Shown one piece after another: positions 25,775 to 39,809 of a DNA stretch of 64,000 nt (position 1 is the stretch's first letter; every line of letters starts with the position of its first letter). Both the position numbers and the translations under genes were made by a program. This stretch comes from Octopus vulgaris (lineage: Eukaryota). Under the pieces are notes generated by a model. The model saw only the letters and a list, made by a program, of their open reading frames with translations, was not told where the DNA came from and did not search any database. The stretch is from positions 77,996,001 to 78,060,000 of the forward strand of contig OX597821.1 of NCBI GenBank assembly GCA_951406725.2, given 5' to 3'.

Positions 25775-27394
25775 ATCTAAATGTTTGTTTGATCTACCAG
25801 AAGCAGCTGCTAAATACCCCTCAAATTGTACATAACTATTTTAACCCCTGGATTGCATAATTGAATTTCCTGGTCATTCCATCAAAAATGGAATTGATAT
25901 TTTCTGCTTCTGTGATACTTTACAGTATCTCATGTTGATACAGTTTCTTGCCCTGTAAAAAGATATTTGGTGAAATGGTGTGAAACAGTTAAGTAAATCT
26001 GAAAATTGTTTTTTATAAAAAGTGTCACTGAGGGTATTTCTGCTTCTTGCAGCATAAAGAGAGATCCCCCCCCACCAAAAAAAAAAGCTGTCGGGTGGAG
26101 AAACCACTTTCTGCAGTTAACTCTTTCACTCTTACTTGTTTCAGTAATGTGACTGTGGCCATGCTGGAGCACTACCTTTTAGTTGAGCAAATCAACCCCA
26201 GGACTTATTCTTTGTAAGCCTAGTACTTTTTCTATCGGCCTCTTTTGCCAAACCACTAAGTTACGGGGACATAAACACACCAGCATCGGTTGTCAAGCGA
26301 TGTTGGGGGGGGGGGGACAAACACAGACACACAAACATACATATATATATATACATGCATATATACAATGGGCTTCTTTCAGTTTCCGTCTACCAAATTC
26401 ACTCACAAGGCTTTGGTCAGCCCAAGGCCATAGTAGAAGACTCTTGCCCATGGTGCCATGCAGTGCGACTGAACCTGGAACCATGTGGTTCATAAGCAAG
26501 CTACTTACCACACAGCCACTCCAACGCCTATAAACAGTAAAAGAAATTTGAGCAAATATGTCTGCTTTCCGCATTCAAAGGGTTACAAAGAAAAGTAAAA
26601 GGGGACAATGGGTAGTGTTTATCCAAGGTATTCTGTACCTGAAAACGAGATTGGTTGTAAAGTCACAGCTTGAATACCTTTGGTGAACAGTCGACTTGAT
26701 GAGGACTTGCTTGCTGCTAAAATACAATTCCAGGTGATATTTTGAGAAGTGTATTTTCACTGTTTCTGTTTTTGATATTTTTTTCTTTAAGCTGAAATTT
26801 GATAAAAATATCTGAGACCTGACATTGTATTTCTGTACAGATAGGTATGTAGATCCACTCTCCCCACCCTCCACCTTTCCTCACGTTGCCACCCTTACTG
26901 TCAATGGTCTCCCGAGACTACCTTCAATAATAAACCTCTTTATTCTGTAAAAATGGTTCTGTTTACTTTGGTGTATAAATAGTAGGCCTCCTTCCTCTCC
27001 AGGAATTTAATTGACAAAAGTAGAACTTTGTGTGTGCAGTGGGGGTGTTTAGTAGAATGTACAAGAAAGAGCAGGGTACAAAGCCGCTATTCTGAACAGT
27101 ATGAGCAGTCGTGGACGTATCCCTGTCGTATTTTCCCTCCCCTATTTTGGCAGGGAGAATATGATATACAGTTGATTTCAGTGGCTTTGGCCCTTTGGTT
27201 CATGTTACAGGGGTGAATGAATATCAGCTTTCTTAGTTTGACGTTATGCAATTCATATTCCCTTCATTTTTGTTGCATCCACTTCCTGAGCAAGATATTT
27301 CATTTGTTTACACGTAACTGCATTCCTAATGCAACACTGGGCATGTGTTTCAATTAACTTTTGAATAATCATGGATTTTGAGGCTTTTTCAAAT

Positions 27395-27633
27395 TATGTA
27401 TGTATGTATGTATGTATGTATGTATGTATGTGTGTGTGTGTATGTATATATATATATATGTATGTATTTATATGTATGTATATATGTATGTATATGTATA
27501 TATGTATGTATATGTATATATATGTATATGTATATATATATGTATATGTATATATATATATGTATGTCTATGTATATTTATATGTATATGTACATATATA
27601 TGTATGTCTAAGTATATATATATGTATATGTAC

Positions 27634-27671
<38 letters not shown>

Positions 27672-28436
27672 GTATGTCTATGTATATATATATGTATATG
27701 TACATATATATGTATATGTATATATATATGTATGTGTATATATATATATATATGTATGTATATGTATACTAGCAGTATCGCCCGGCGTTGCTCGGGTTTG
27801 TAAGGGAAACAACTATATAAGCATTTTTAGAGATGTAAAGTATAATAGCCATCTCAATATGGTTAACCACAAAGGGGGTGGTGTTACCGTAGCTTTTTAC
27901 GTTCTGAGATTTAATAAATTTTTAGAGAGTTACTTCCCTTATATATGCCAAAAATGCATTAAAAATGGGAAAAGTTGATGGTAAATTTTTTTTAAATCGT
28001 AGACTCATCGTAGATGCACGCTAATACCCAGAAGGGCTCGATATGAATCACGACTATAAGATACCCGGTTTTGGTTAAACTGCACCGCAAAATGTGGGAG
28101 TAGTTAGGAATCTAAATCGTAGGAGACAGACAGCACACAACCTCACTTTTATATATAAAGATATATATGTATGTATATGTATATATATATATGTATGTAT
28201 ATGTATATATATATATGTATGTATATGTATATTTATATGTATGTATATGTACATATATATGTATGTGTGTGTATATGTGTATGTATATGTACATATATAT
28301 GTATGTGTGTGTATATGTGTATGTATATGTACATATATATGTATGTGTGTGTATATGTGTATATGTATATGTATGTATATATGTGTATATATATGTATGT
28401 ATATATATAATATATAATGTATATATATGTGTATAC

Positions 28437-28468
<32 letters not shown>

Positions 28469-28470
28469 GT
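27395..28470. repeat. (TATG)n/(TA)n compound microsatellite interrupted by a Helitron
   Basis: Direct reading. Confidence 0.95.
27769..28161 (-). mobile_element. Non-autonomous Helitron
   Basis: Minus strand 5' TCTTTATATATAAAAGTG ... hairpin CCCGAGCAACGCCGGG ... CTAG 3', between host A and T, with no TSD. Confidence 0.8.
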
Positions 28471-28784
28471 AAACTACATCTGTTAGTGTTTGGAACATGA
28501 ATTAACAAAAGGTTCTTAAATAAAATCCTGATTTTCATCAGCATATGACTTCCACTTTTTCATCCTGTCGTGCATTGGTTAGTTGGGTTATCTTAGGCAG
28601 AGTTTTATGCTTGGATGCTCTTCTTGTTACCAACAAGAATTGCTAATAAGTAAATAATTAATTATTAGTGGTTGTTTTTGTTGTTGTTCATTAAAATTAC
28701 AATATGTAGTTGTTGAGTCTGCCCTAATCACTTTGGCTCGAGCAATTTGAACATTTAGCTTGTTGTTGTTGTGGTTGCTGCTTG

Positions 28785-29176
28785 TTTGTTTGTTTGTTTG
28801 TTGAGCGAAGCGATCTTCGTCCCAGAGCTCACAAGTTGTAGTGGGAGAAGTCCAACACGTGGTGTTTTGCTATTTGTAAGACCCGCAGAAGAGAAAGCAA
28901 GTCAACCCCCCCGACATCGAGAGCATCGGCGGATGGATGAATGTGCATCCAGGCTCAGCGGTTGCGTAGGAAGTTGGGGACAAGAAACAGGAAGAAAGAG
29001 TGAGAGAAAGTTGGGGCGAAAGAGTACAACAGGGGTCGCCACCACCCCCTGCCGGAGCCTCGTGGAACTTTAGGTGTTTTCGCTCAATAAACACATACAA
29101 CACCCGGTCTTGGAATCGAAACCCCGATCCTCTAACTGTGAGTCCGCTACCCTAACCATTGGGCCATTGCGCCTCC
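28785..29176 (-). mobile_element. tRNA-derived SINE related to 826-1124, with a different 3' tail
   Basis: Head GGAGGCGCAATGGCCCAATGGTTAGGG...TTCGATTCC; shared CTCTTTCGCC..AACTTTCTCTCACTCTTTC domain; (AAAC)n tail. Confidence 0.8.
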
Positions 29177-30359
29177 AGTGTGGTTGCTGCTTGGAACCTG
29201 GTTCACTATGATACATACAGAGGGGACATCAAAATTATGCCAGGCTCAGTTCTGTTTCTGCTTCTCCTTGAACAAAACACACCATTGATCCTAAACTATT
29301 AACCTTTCATTCTTTTCCTCTCTTCCTCTATCCCTCATCCTTCTCCTCCGCTCTCTTCACTCCTTTCACTCTGTCACATCCTGTCTGGACAGTTTTTCCC
29401 AAACATGTGAGAATTTCTCAACTATCCTGCAATGCTTGCTGTTCCACTCCAATGTACAAATTAACTTGATTAAAAGTAATTCTCTTGAATAGAATTGTAG
29501 CTTTGTTGTAGAAGGCAGGATGTGTTTTAGGCTGGTTTACTACCATGCTATATACCACCATTCAGTGTTTGTTTTGAGAAGGGTCAAAGGAGCAGCCAGT
29601 CAGAGTGGGGGCTTATTTTGAGTAAGGTCAAAGGGGTAGCCGGCCAAAGTGGGGGTCGTATATTGTATTTAGTTTACTGTGCAACTTGCCTTTTTTTTTT
29701 CATCTAGGAAAGTTGATTTTAACTGAAGAACTGAAAGTTTGGGGTTGATTTTTTTTCTTTTTTATATATAAAGTGGTTCTCCCTCATTGCTGCAATGCTT
29801 TTCATTAAAGAAAAATATTTAATTTATCTTCCTTAATCAATTGTAACCACCTGGTTTTAGATTCAATTCCATCGTGCAAGCATCTTCTATAACTCTGGGC
29901 TTACCAATTCTTTGTGAGTGAATTTAATAAATGGAGACTTGAAAGCCTCATCATCATTTAATGTTTGTCCTCCATCCTTGTCTGGCAGGATCCAATGTGT
30001 CCAAGGATTGCATTGTGCTCCAATGTCTATTTTAGTATGGTTTCTATGGCTGTATGCCCTTCCTAAAACCCACCACTTTACAGTGTGGATTAGGTGCTTT
30101 TTTTTCTGTGCCACCAGCACTGTTGATGTTGCCATGCAGTTTTGCAAGCCTACACCCACTGGGAGGAGGGTGGGAGATGCAGGATTCAGCGTCATGCTAA
30201 GCAACAAGGGGACTGCTACAAGAAGGGTGGGACAAAGCAGGTTCTCATAAAGGGATTTGTCTGGTCACTTAACATCTGGTTGGGAAAGGGAGAAAGAGAA
30301 AATGTTGAGTAGGGGGTTACAAGAAGTAGCAGATAGTCCTGAGGTTCCCAGGTGGCTCC

Positions 30360-31350
30360 ACAAAGTTTTTGGCATACACTCACATTGCACAACCAACGGA
30401 TCATACTGGGTTCACTTCTTTCCAGTCTTCTCAAGTCCTCTGCATTCAAGGCCCATGTTTCACTATTATACAGCATTGCAGTTCTAAGACAAGCATCATA
30501 CAACCTGCCCTTCCCTCTTAGGGAAAAGATCTTTGCTGTCAGTGATAGTAGCTCCCTGAACTTTCTCCAACCAGTTCTTTAGCAATTATACTTTCAGAGC
30601 AACCACCTTCCTTATTATAATTACATCTACATGACAAACACCATCAACTATTTCTAATGAGCCATCATGGCATTTAAGAGACTTCATTTTCAATGTGCTC
30701 ATACATACTGGCATATGAAGCTTACATTCTCTGATAGTCTGCTAGTGATTCTATTACATTTCTTATCTGTTCAGAGCTTACATTGAGTACAGCTTATGGA
30801 GTTTATACCTACCCCTTTTCTACATATCAAGTAAAGCCGTTTCCTTGATGGCACCAGTGTCCTGTCATCTTTCCTACTTACTAAAACCTTAGTCTTCAAC
30901 AATTTAACCATAATGACTTACTATTAGCTTCCATTCCTTGAATTTCTTCTCTAATTCCTCTTTGGATTCAGTTATAAGAACTAGATCATCAGCATGTAGA
31001 AGATTCCTGAGACAGCTAGTCTAAACACTTCAATGATGGTTTGGAAGACTATGACGAACAGGAGAGGGCTGATGATTGACCGTTGATGGTCAATAATCCT
31101 ACTTTCATGCTAAAGTCATCACTGAAGTTATTACTGACCCTCACTTTACTTACTGCTTCCTTTACAAGCCATTCATCTACACCAAGTTTCTTTAAAGCCT
31201 ACGAAACCACTGAATATAGTTCCTTGTCAAATGATTCCTCCAAACTAATGAAAGCCTAAAATTGCAGTTAATTCTCAAGATTGCATTTGGGGTGCCTCTT
31301 CTAGGGACGAAGCCAATTTGCATCTCATCCAGGTTTTCTTTATCCCAATA
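30360..31350 (-). pseudogene. Decayed RTE-clade reverse transcriptase
   Basis: Minus-strand peptides HQRSIISPLLFVIV, LLHADDLVL (YADD-like) and AMLYNSETWALNAEDLRRLER (LYGSETW); many stops and frameshifts. Confidence 0.85.
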
Positions 31351-33162
31351 AAGATGGAAGATAAAAAAGAATTGTATACTATGGAGACTAAAAATGGTTG
31401 TTTCAATTCTAAGGATTTCTTAAGAATTTAGCAGATGTGACTGACTAAAGTTGAACTTGCATAGTTATAACCTGTTTCAGTGAGGGTTTTGTTAAAGAAT
31501 GTAGAGCCTAGCTTGTTTGTGGTACCTTCAGTATTTTCTAATATGAAGGCAGTGAGCTGGTAGAAACATTAGCACAGCAGGCAAAATGCTTAACGGTATT
31601 TTGTCTGTCTTTACATTCTGAGTTCAAATTCCGCTGAGGTCGACTTTGTCTTTCTTTCTTTCGGGGTCGATAAATTAAGTACCAGTTTCATACTGGGGTT
31701 GATCTAATTTCAGGCCTTGTGCCTAGAGTAGAAAAGTATTTTCTAATATGTATATCTTTGCATATATATAAATAGAAATGCACTCTTGGGCATGGTTAGT
31801 GTGGTTACAGTTTAATTCATATTATTGAAGTTTAGTGATTGAGTTTGTGGCAGAACTCAGAGAGAGAAGGGATTCCAGAGGAAGGATTTGGAGAGGCTAA
31901 ATGCAAGGCATGGAACTCTAGGAAACAAGTTGATCTACACCTTTTATAAAAGTGAAAGGGCTTGGGAAAGCAGAGGTTGTTTAGGGGGAAATGAATGCTG
32001 TCATTCATATTATCCTCAACTAGTAAACCTCATTTAATTGTCCCCTTTTCCATGTTTGCTTGGGTTAGACAAAATTTGTTGCGGCAGATTCTATATGCCT
32101 AGGATACCCTTTTTGCCAACCTTCATTTGTTTGCGGGCAAGTTAATAGTTTCCCAAAGCCAAACATGTTTTTCGCCGAAGAAACAAACAGCCTCGCTTGT
32201 ATGAATGATGATGATACTCTTTTACAACTATCACATGTCTGGATAAGAGTACACACACATACACATACACACACACACACACACGTGCGAATATCTTCCC
32301 TTGATTTTTCTGCTTTTATCTAAATGCATGTGCTCATTCAAATGTCAATTGCATCAATTACTAAATTGCCTTGCTTTTATTTACCAGCTTGATAAATGGT
32401 GAAATAAATTAATACTTTGGCCAGGAAAGCCTGGCTAGCTGTTTTCCTCAAGGTTTTTGGTGGTTTTTAACATATATAATCATCATTATCATCATATGTC
32501 CATTTTCCATGCTGGCATGGGCTAGACAGTTTGACCAGAGCTGGCCATCCAGAGTGCTGCACCAGGCTCCACTCTGATTTGACATGATTTCTATGGCTTG
32601 ATGCTTTTCCTGAAAAAGAAAAAGAAAAAAACAAACAAACAGACAAAAACAAAAACAAAACCAAAATTCTATTTGTTTTATGTTGAAACTGGCCAGATCC
32701 AGCCTCTCACACCTATCCTTAAATGTCATTCTAAAAATATACAATCACTGAAATTTCATAGCTATAAAACAATGTGAATAAATAAGCATTACTTTTGACA
32801 GAGTGATCTGAATGCTAAGGGTTTAAATGTGTCATCCACTTCTCTTCCCAGGTCCATTGCTTTCCTGTTGAGCTTCCTGTTGGTCTTAAGTCCTTTTATT
32901 CTAATAAATTCCCTTGAACTGCTGCTCTTTGGAGCTCACTGCTATCATCTTGATGTTCAGTCCATCTGTCAATTGACATCTGAATTTATAGGCCCTTTTT
33001 TTCCTTCTTGATAGTCCCTTATATTGGCCTGAAGCTTTGTTTGGGACAAAATCATAAAAAAAAAACACACAAAAAAAAGCACCCCTCCACTCAAATATAA
33101 GGTTCTGTAGATTGCTGATGTATAATAGTGTTACAAGATACGGTATGTAATTAGTGTTTTTA

Positions 33163-33396
33163 AGGCAGCGAGCTGGCATAATCGTTAGCACGCTGGGCGA
33201 AATGCTTTGCGGTATTTCGTCTGCCGCTACGTTCAGAGTTCAAATTCCGCCAAGGCCGACTTTGCCTTTCATCCTTTCGGGGTCGATTTAATAAGTACCA
33301 GTTACGCACTGGGGTTGATATAATCAACTTAATCCGTTTGTCTGTCCTTGTCTGTCCCCTCTGTGTTTAGCCCCTTGTGGGTAGTAAAGAAATAAT
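33163..33396 (+). mobile_element. SINE family A (young, with TSD)
   Basis: GGCAGCGAGCTGGCA...GTTCAAATTCC head and GACTTTGCCTTTCATCCTTTCGGGGTCGAT...AAGTACCAG central domain; flanking duplication TATGTAATT(A/T)GTGTTTT. Other copies at 14070-14450(-), 31546-31735, 47268-47682(-), 48490-48900 and 53040-53700(-). Confidence 0.85.
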
Positions 33397-33619
33397 TATG
33401 TAATTTGTGTTTTAGGGCACTATTAGGTGTGATTGTTGGTGACTAAATATTGTACTATGTAGTGTTCTGTACTGTGACATAATTAATAACTTTAGTGTGG
33501 TATTAGATGGGATTTTTAGTGACCTAGTGTACTGTGTTGTGTTTGTGCATGTAAGTATTGCTTGCTCTTTGTTCTACCTTCAATAAAATAATCTGACATC
33601 ATTCCAGAGCGTGTTTGCA

Positions 33620-33630
33620 ATGAGTCAGCA
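33620..33630 (+). promoter_or_regulatory. Perfect ARE / CNC-sMaf element ATGAGTCAGCA
   Basis: Exact match to RTGASTCAGCA with an AT-rich 3' flank (ACTT), in non-repeat sequence. Confidence 0.45.
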
Positions 33631-33733
33631 ACTTACTATTATTCTAACTGAGTATCCTATTTCGTATTCTGTTTACTTAAAAACAAACACTGTGTATGTG
33701 CATGCGTGTGCGTGTGTGTGCGTGTGTGTGTGC

Positions 33734-33764
<31 letters not shown>

Positions 33765-34589
33765 ATGGGATGGGATTGTTTGTGTAGAAGTAGGTGTGTG
33801 TGTGCTTGCGTGTGTGTGTGTGTGTGATGGGATGGGATTGTTTGTGTAGAAGTAGGTGTGTGTGTGTGAGTGTATGTATAAATGTACATATGTGTAAGAA
33901 TACAAGTGTTTGTGTGTGTGAACGTGCAGATATGAATGAATGAGTGTGTGTGTGTGTGTGTGTGTGTGTAAATGAGCATACACAAATAAACTTAATGTTT
34001 GTGTGTAAAATACACGTGTATGCATATATTTGTATATATATACACACGCATGCTCATACATTCCCATAGACATAGGCGTTAACAGAACCTGGAGGGTGCG
34101 TCAGGCAACCAAGAACAAAATAAACACTAAACAAGATAAAACAGCAACACACTCCCAGAAAAATGGCACACCACACACACACACACTCAGACACACACAC
34201 ACTCACATACACACACACACACACACAACTAGATACATCAAAGAAGTAGGCCATTTAACAAAACTGACCTCAGCACCACAAGTGATGGCCTCAATATAGC
34301 CATGGAAGTGGCTGCTCCAATAAGGTGGCTTCCACCCATGTTGCACAGTGGGATCTGGGGACATTTTGGCAGTGTTGATTCGATGCTGACTTATTTGACA
34401 TCAGACATTTTAATGTTTCTCTCATTCTCTACTTCCTTCCTTCTCTTTCCCTCTTCCCCCTTTCCTCCGTTTATGTGTGCTAGCATCTTTGTTTTTGCAT
34501 ATGAGGAAAGAGGAAAGTGTCTGTCGATTGTCTTCACTTAATAAATAGTAATGTCTCTCTATCTGTACTTGTATACTTCAGTGCATGCA

Positions 34590-34636
<47 letters not shown>

Positions 34637-34639
34637 CTC

Positions 34640-34900
34640 CAGTATCAAAAACTGCTGTCATCCAAACTGGTTGAATGTCCCGTCAACTATGCCAGATCAT
34701 CTACTTCCAAAGAGCTGCACCCAGTTGTCTCATTCTGTAACCAAAATACAAACAAGGTTAGCCCTTCCTTCCTCAATGTGTCCTTTGGTTGCACAGGGTC
34801 ACTGGCTGGTCAACCTCTTAATGATGCCCAACACGCAATATATAAAAGATTCAAATCAAGAGAGCTTCAAGGCCATATGATGCTGGGAGTTATATGAACA
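34640..34900 (-). pseudogene. Tc1/mariner transposase C-terminal remnant
   Basis: Minus strand reads approximately ITPSIIWP*SSLDLNLL..CVLGII (with a frameshift), matching the WPPxSPDLNPLDY.VWG motif. Confidence 0.6.
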
Positions 34901-37441
34901 CAGATTTTCTCAGGTCTTGGGAGTTGCTGGACAAAATTATCCATCTTGCTGATGGCCGATCACTGAGAATATTTCTTTCCCTTGGCTTTGCTATGGTCAA
35001 CTTGCTCATGCCATAGGTTTCCTATTCTTTCTTGACTCCTAATTAACATGAAAGAACTGGTTACTTTGAAGAAGCTTACAATCTCTGAATTGGTGAGACA
35101 ATTTGCCATGATGATGCTGTTATGTCTGGGAAAGAAATGAGATGATTAAAATTTGGTGCATGCACAACACGTTGGGCCACCTTCCATTTGTGGGCCACTA
35201 AATTTGGTAACCCTCAAATGGAAGGCGGCCTCATGTATTGTGGTTATTGCAACAAATTTGTTACACACCACTAGTCACAATGCACTTCCTTGCATTGTTG
35301 TTTTCAAATGATGCTGCTCTGTTGGCTAGGTGGGTAGGCTGACATTTCTTTTGAACCAGATGACTGTACATCTCAAGGCTGTCTATTTAAAGTTGAGGCG
35401 ACTGGACCAGTGTGAAATGAAGTGTTTTGCTCAAGAACAAAACACATGCTGAACTGGGAATTGCAACACCCTAATCATTAGCCAGTGCAATTTTACATAG
35501 ATGTGTGTGTGTGTATGCATAGTTTCCTTCTTATATATTATAGCATATCTTACCTGTAAAATTCCTTGTTCTGTCCCCTACTTCCACCACAGGCAACGCT
35601 AATGTTAGCAAACATTCATCAAACTGTAACACAAGTGACTATTGAAAACTCATCAACTGCTCAGTGGCTCACAAACAAAAAGGATTTCTTTTAATTTGTG
35701 AAAAGGGCTGAGGCCCATCTGTTGCTAACCCCTTTTTTGCTTAAGAAATGAATTGAAACCTCTCACAGTGGGTACTATCTACTGACATTTACAAACTATA
35801 CACAAACGTTGGTAGACCACTTCAGACTTACATAAAGCAACTGTGTGAGGACTCCAAGTGTGCCTGAGAAGACCTACCTTGTGCAGTGGCAAACTGAAGA
35901 GACTGGATAGAATGAGTCACGGTGATCTGTGTAATAAGCACAAATGGATGATGACAGTTTGTGTCATTCAAAATCTAGTCCCTCAGGGTTTAGCAGGCAT
36001 TAATTGGTGAGAGAAAAATATAACACTGACTGCTGTTTCACACCCAAAGGGCAAAGATATTTGTTGATAAAATACATTTTTAGCAGACAATTACCGGGGA
36101 AAGTGTTTAAGATAATATTGTGGATAAACAATTTGACCTGGCAGTAAAGTTGTTGTTTGAATAGGTTCTCTCCTCTACCTCTTACACTCAATTACGCTTA
36201 CACACACACACACACACACACACAGAGACATATATGTACTTTCGTATATAACAATATACTTTAATTATTTAATCAGTACTTAATGGTTTAATCTATTTGA
36301 TAAGTGTTAATATCTGATAGAATTTATGAAGTGAAAGAAAAGCTGGAAGTCCTAAGTGGTTTAGTGTTTGCCTTGGTGTCTGTTTTGCATTGTTTCTTAT
36401 TTTATTAAAGTTATTTGTCTTTGGTCATGCTGGAGCACTGCATTTGTGTTTGTCCCCCCTCTTGACAATTGGTGTTGGTTTGTTTATGTTCCCCATAGCC
36501 TAGCAGTTGGCAAAAGTGTCTGATAGAATAAGTACCAGGCATAAAAATATGTCCTGTGGTTGATCTGTTTAAATAAAACCCTTGAAGGTGTTGCTCCAGC
36601 ATGGGAATAGTCGAGTAACTGAAACAAGTGAAAGCAGAAAGATAACCACCATCTATCATCAGATAAACAGCCAGGCTCGCACAGACATATGATGGGCTTC
36701 CATGCAGTTTTTCCCCTTTGCTGAATCCCACTCACAAAGTTTTCATCAACACTTTGCCAACAGTGTATTGCGTAATGAGATTGAACTCTGAAGTCTGTGG
36801 TCACAAAGTGACCCACTTAACCATACAGTCATGCCTATTCTTATCAGTGCCCTTCCAACTAATGCCCTTTATATCTCCCTCTACATCTCCCTCTCTGCTC
36901 CACCTACACCTTGCACTTCATCCCACCACTTTCTGACCTTTTTGCCTTCCTAACCCCCACTCCTACATCTCCCACCTTTTCCTTCTCCATGCTGGTATTT
37001 CCATTCAGCTCCAGACCCACTCCTCATCATTTAGTACATTCTTCGCCTCTACCTCCATCTTTAACCATCTGTTTACTCCCCACCCCCGCTGCATTCTATG
37101 AAGGCATTCACTCTCTCATCCCCTCCCATGATCCACTGTCCTTATCCTCTCTTGCACCTTAGGAGTTTGTTCTGACATCCCATCACTACTTTCCTCATAC
37201 CTCTCCTTCAGCCATGTAGCAAGACCCTGTGCCATTCTTCAGGCATAAAGCCACCCATCTCCACCTTCCTATCTCAATAGTGAGAAGCTGTTCATTTTCT
37301 TTTCTTCTTCTCTGTTCTTCTTCTCTTGTCAGTTGCATGCCAGCCTCAGTAGTGCCGATGGCACAAAAAGTACACAAATAAATAAAGCACCCAGTTTACT
37401 GTAAAGTGGTTGGTGTTAAGAGAGGCATCCAGCCATTTGAA

Positions 37442-37864
37442 CAGCACTGGATTAACCATTAAGCAAAATAAGCATGCGCTTAGGGCATCAAGAGAAGGAG
37501 GGGGGCACCTCAGAAATGGTAAATGGTCTACGGCACAAAAGAAATCACTTTAAACTTACTAAAATAATATTTCGGATGCCTTTATCTGTACTAAGTCTAG
37601 ATGCAGATGTGTTACCTAAGATTAATTTTGAGGATTTGATCGAAGACTTTTCAATTCAAAAAAGTAGGAGGAAACTTTTCAAATATAAGGTGGAAGTAGA
37701 CAAAAATAAATATCATTTTCCCTCTTAATGTTTTGTTTCGTTTGGAAAATTAAAAATATATTTTATGGTTTGTTATTGTTTGTATTTTGAATTACATAAT
37801 CTTTTCTGGGGGCACCAAAATCTTTGAAGTGCTTAGGGTCTCGATGGGTCTTAATCTGGCCCTG
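37442..37864 (+). mobile_element. Internally deleted hAT (Tip100/ZMYM1-like) element retaining the transposase C-terminus
   Basis: TIRs CAGCACTGGATTAA / TTAATCTGGCCCTG; TSD CATTTGAA / CATTGGAA; peptide LSVLSLDADVLPKINFEDLIEDFSIQKSRRKLF resembles the end of a hAT dimerisation region. It splits an RTE 3' end. Confidence 0.8.
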
Positions 37865-39026
37865 CATTGGAACCATGCCAAAACAGACAATGGAACCTTG
37901 CTGCTTACTGGATCCTATTAAAATGTCCAACCCATGCCAGCATGGAAAGTAGGTATCAAATGATGATAGTGATAGCCCCCCCCCCAGTTTCCATATACCA
38001 AATTCACTCACAAGATAGTTGGAGACACTTGCCCAAGGTGTTGTGCAATGAGACTGAACCCGAAACCATTTGGTTACAAAGGCAGCTGCTTAACCACACA
38101 GCCATGCTTGCACCGAATGTCTGAAAAAAATTTCAAAGAAGCTTGAATAACTTTGATCAGTATTCTCCTTGTTGCGACTGGGGCTTGGCAACAGTAGCTA
38201 ACAGATGAAGTCAGAAGCTCTTGCAATGGTTTAACCCTTTCGTTACCGTATTTATTTTGAGATGCTCTATGTCTCTTTCATTTAATTTTAAATATAACAA
38301 AGAATTGAGTAAAATAACTCAGTTATCATTAAGCTAATGTTAGGAACATAAATTGTTACTACGATTTGGTGGGAAATTTTAATTCAAAACTTATGCAAAC
38401 AAGACATTTTTACTACAGAGCCAGAGGTGGTTTCAGCTGGGTTGGCATCGAATGGGTTTAAGTGGGTCACTTTATTTTTTGGAATGCGTCTATCATTTCA
38501 CATACAATTTCACACTCACACAATTACGCACATACACAATTGCACACACACTCAATTACACACAATTACCCCCCCCACACACACACACACTTGACATTGC
38601 TTCTGCACAGTTTCCATCTTCCGAATTGTCTTGAGGCAGCAGCTGGCCTGGGGGCTATTGTGGAAAACATTTGCTGAAGGTGTCACACAGTGGGACTGAA
38701 ACCTGATACTCTGTGACTACAAAATGTACGCCTTGACTGCACAGTCATGCCTGCACCTATTTAATATTCTGATATCTTTGGTAAGTGGTATTATCTGATA
38801 GGATTGAGAAGTGAAAAGTTGGAGCTCTTAAGTGGTTTAATCCTTCAGCATTTAAACTGGCCACATCCGGCTCAGATATTTTTCCTGCTTTATGTTCAAC
38901 CTGGCCAGGTCTGGCGTCTCACACCAACACTACAATATCATTCTAAAAATAAACAATCACATCATTAAAATCTCAATTCTAATGAGATGATGCATGAGTA
39001 ATTCGAAATAATGAGGAAAAAAGCAT

Positions 39027-39600
39027 TCATCATCATCATCATCTGCTTTCCATGCTGGCATGGGTTAGACAGTTTGACTGAAACTGGTAAACTGGAGAGC
39101 TGTACCAGGTTCCAATCTGATTTGGCATGGTTTCTATGGCTGGATGCCTTTCCTAATGCCAACCACTCCAAGAGTGTAATGGGTGCTTTTTATGTGCCAC
39201 CGGCATGGGTGCCAGTTATGTCACATCGGTATTGGCCACAACTATGCTTTCACTTGGCTTCATGTGTCTTCTCATGCATGGCACATTGCCAAAGGTCTCA
39301 GGCATGTATCATTGCCTCTGTGAGGCTCCATGTTTGAAGGGTACTTTTTACATGCCACCAGTATGGGTGCTTGTTACATGACTATGTTTTCACTTGGCTG
39401 GTTGGGTCTTCTCAAGCATAGCCTATTCACAAAGGTCACAGTTACTTGTTATTGCCTCCACGAGGACCATCATTTGAAGATCATGCTTCACCACCTTGTC
39501 CCACATCTTCCTGGGTCTACCACTCTCACAGGTTCCCTGCATGCTAAAGGGTTACTTGTGTATTCAGCAGATGTACACAAACCAACAGTTGTGCCTTAGT
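39027..39600 (-). mobile_element. RTE LINE ORF C-terminus plus 3'UTR
   Basis: Minus-strand peptide GTCESGRPRKMWDKVVKHDL...LEKTQPAK* followed by the modules and the (ATG)n terminus. Confidence 0.85.
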
Positions 39601-39809
39601 TTTCCTTTTTCCTGATTCTACACATTTGTTTGTAGCCATGCTGGGAAATTATTTTCATGGTTTTAGCTGACCTATACTTATTTGTTTCTGGTTCTAATTT
39701 TACTTATCTCTATTTGTAAAACTGCTTCGTTATGGGACATAAAGGGACATAACTTAAACCATTTTTAGACTGCAACAAATATCTCTCTGCACAATTTTAT
39801 ATATATATA

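Noticed and set aside
26608-26733. Short ORF MGSVYPRYSVPENEIGCKVTA with a nearby donor CCAG|GTGATA
   Set aside because: It stops before the donor, with no frame link to Keap1 and no recognisable homology.
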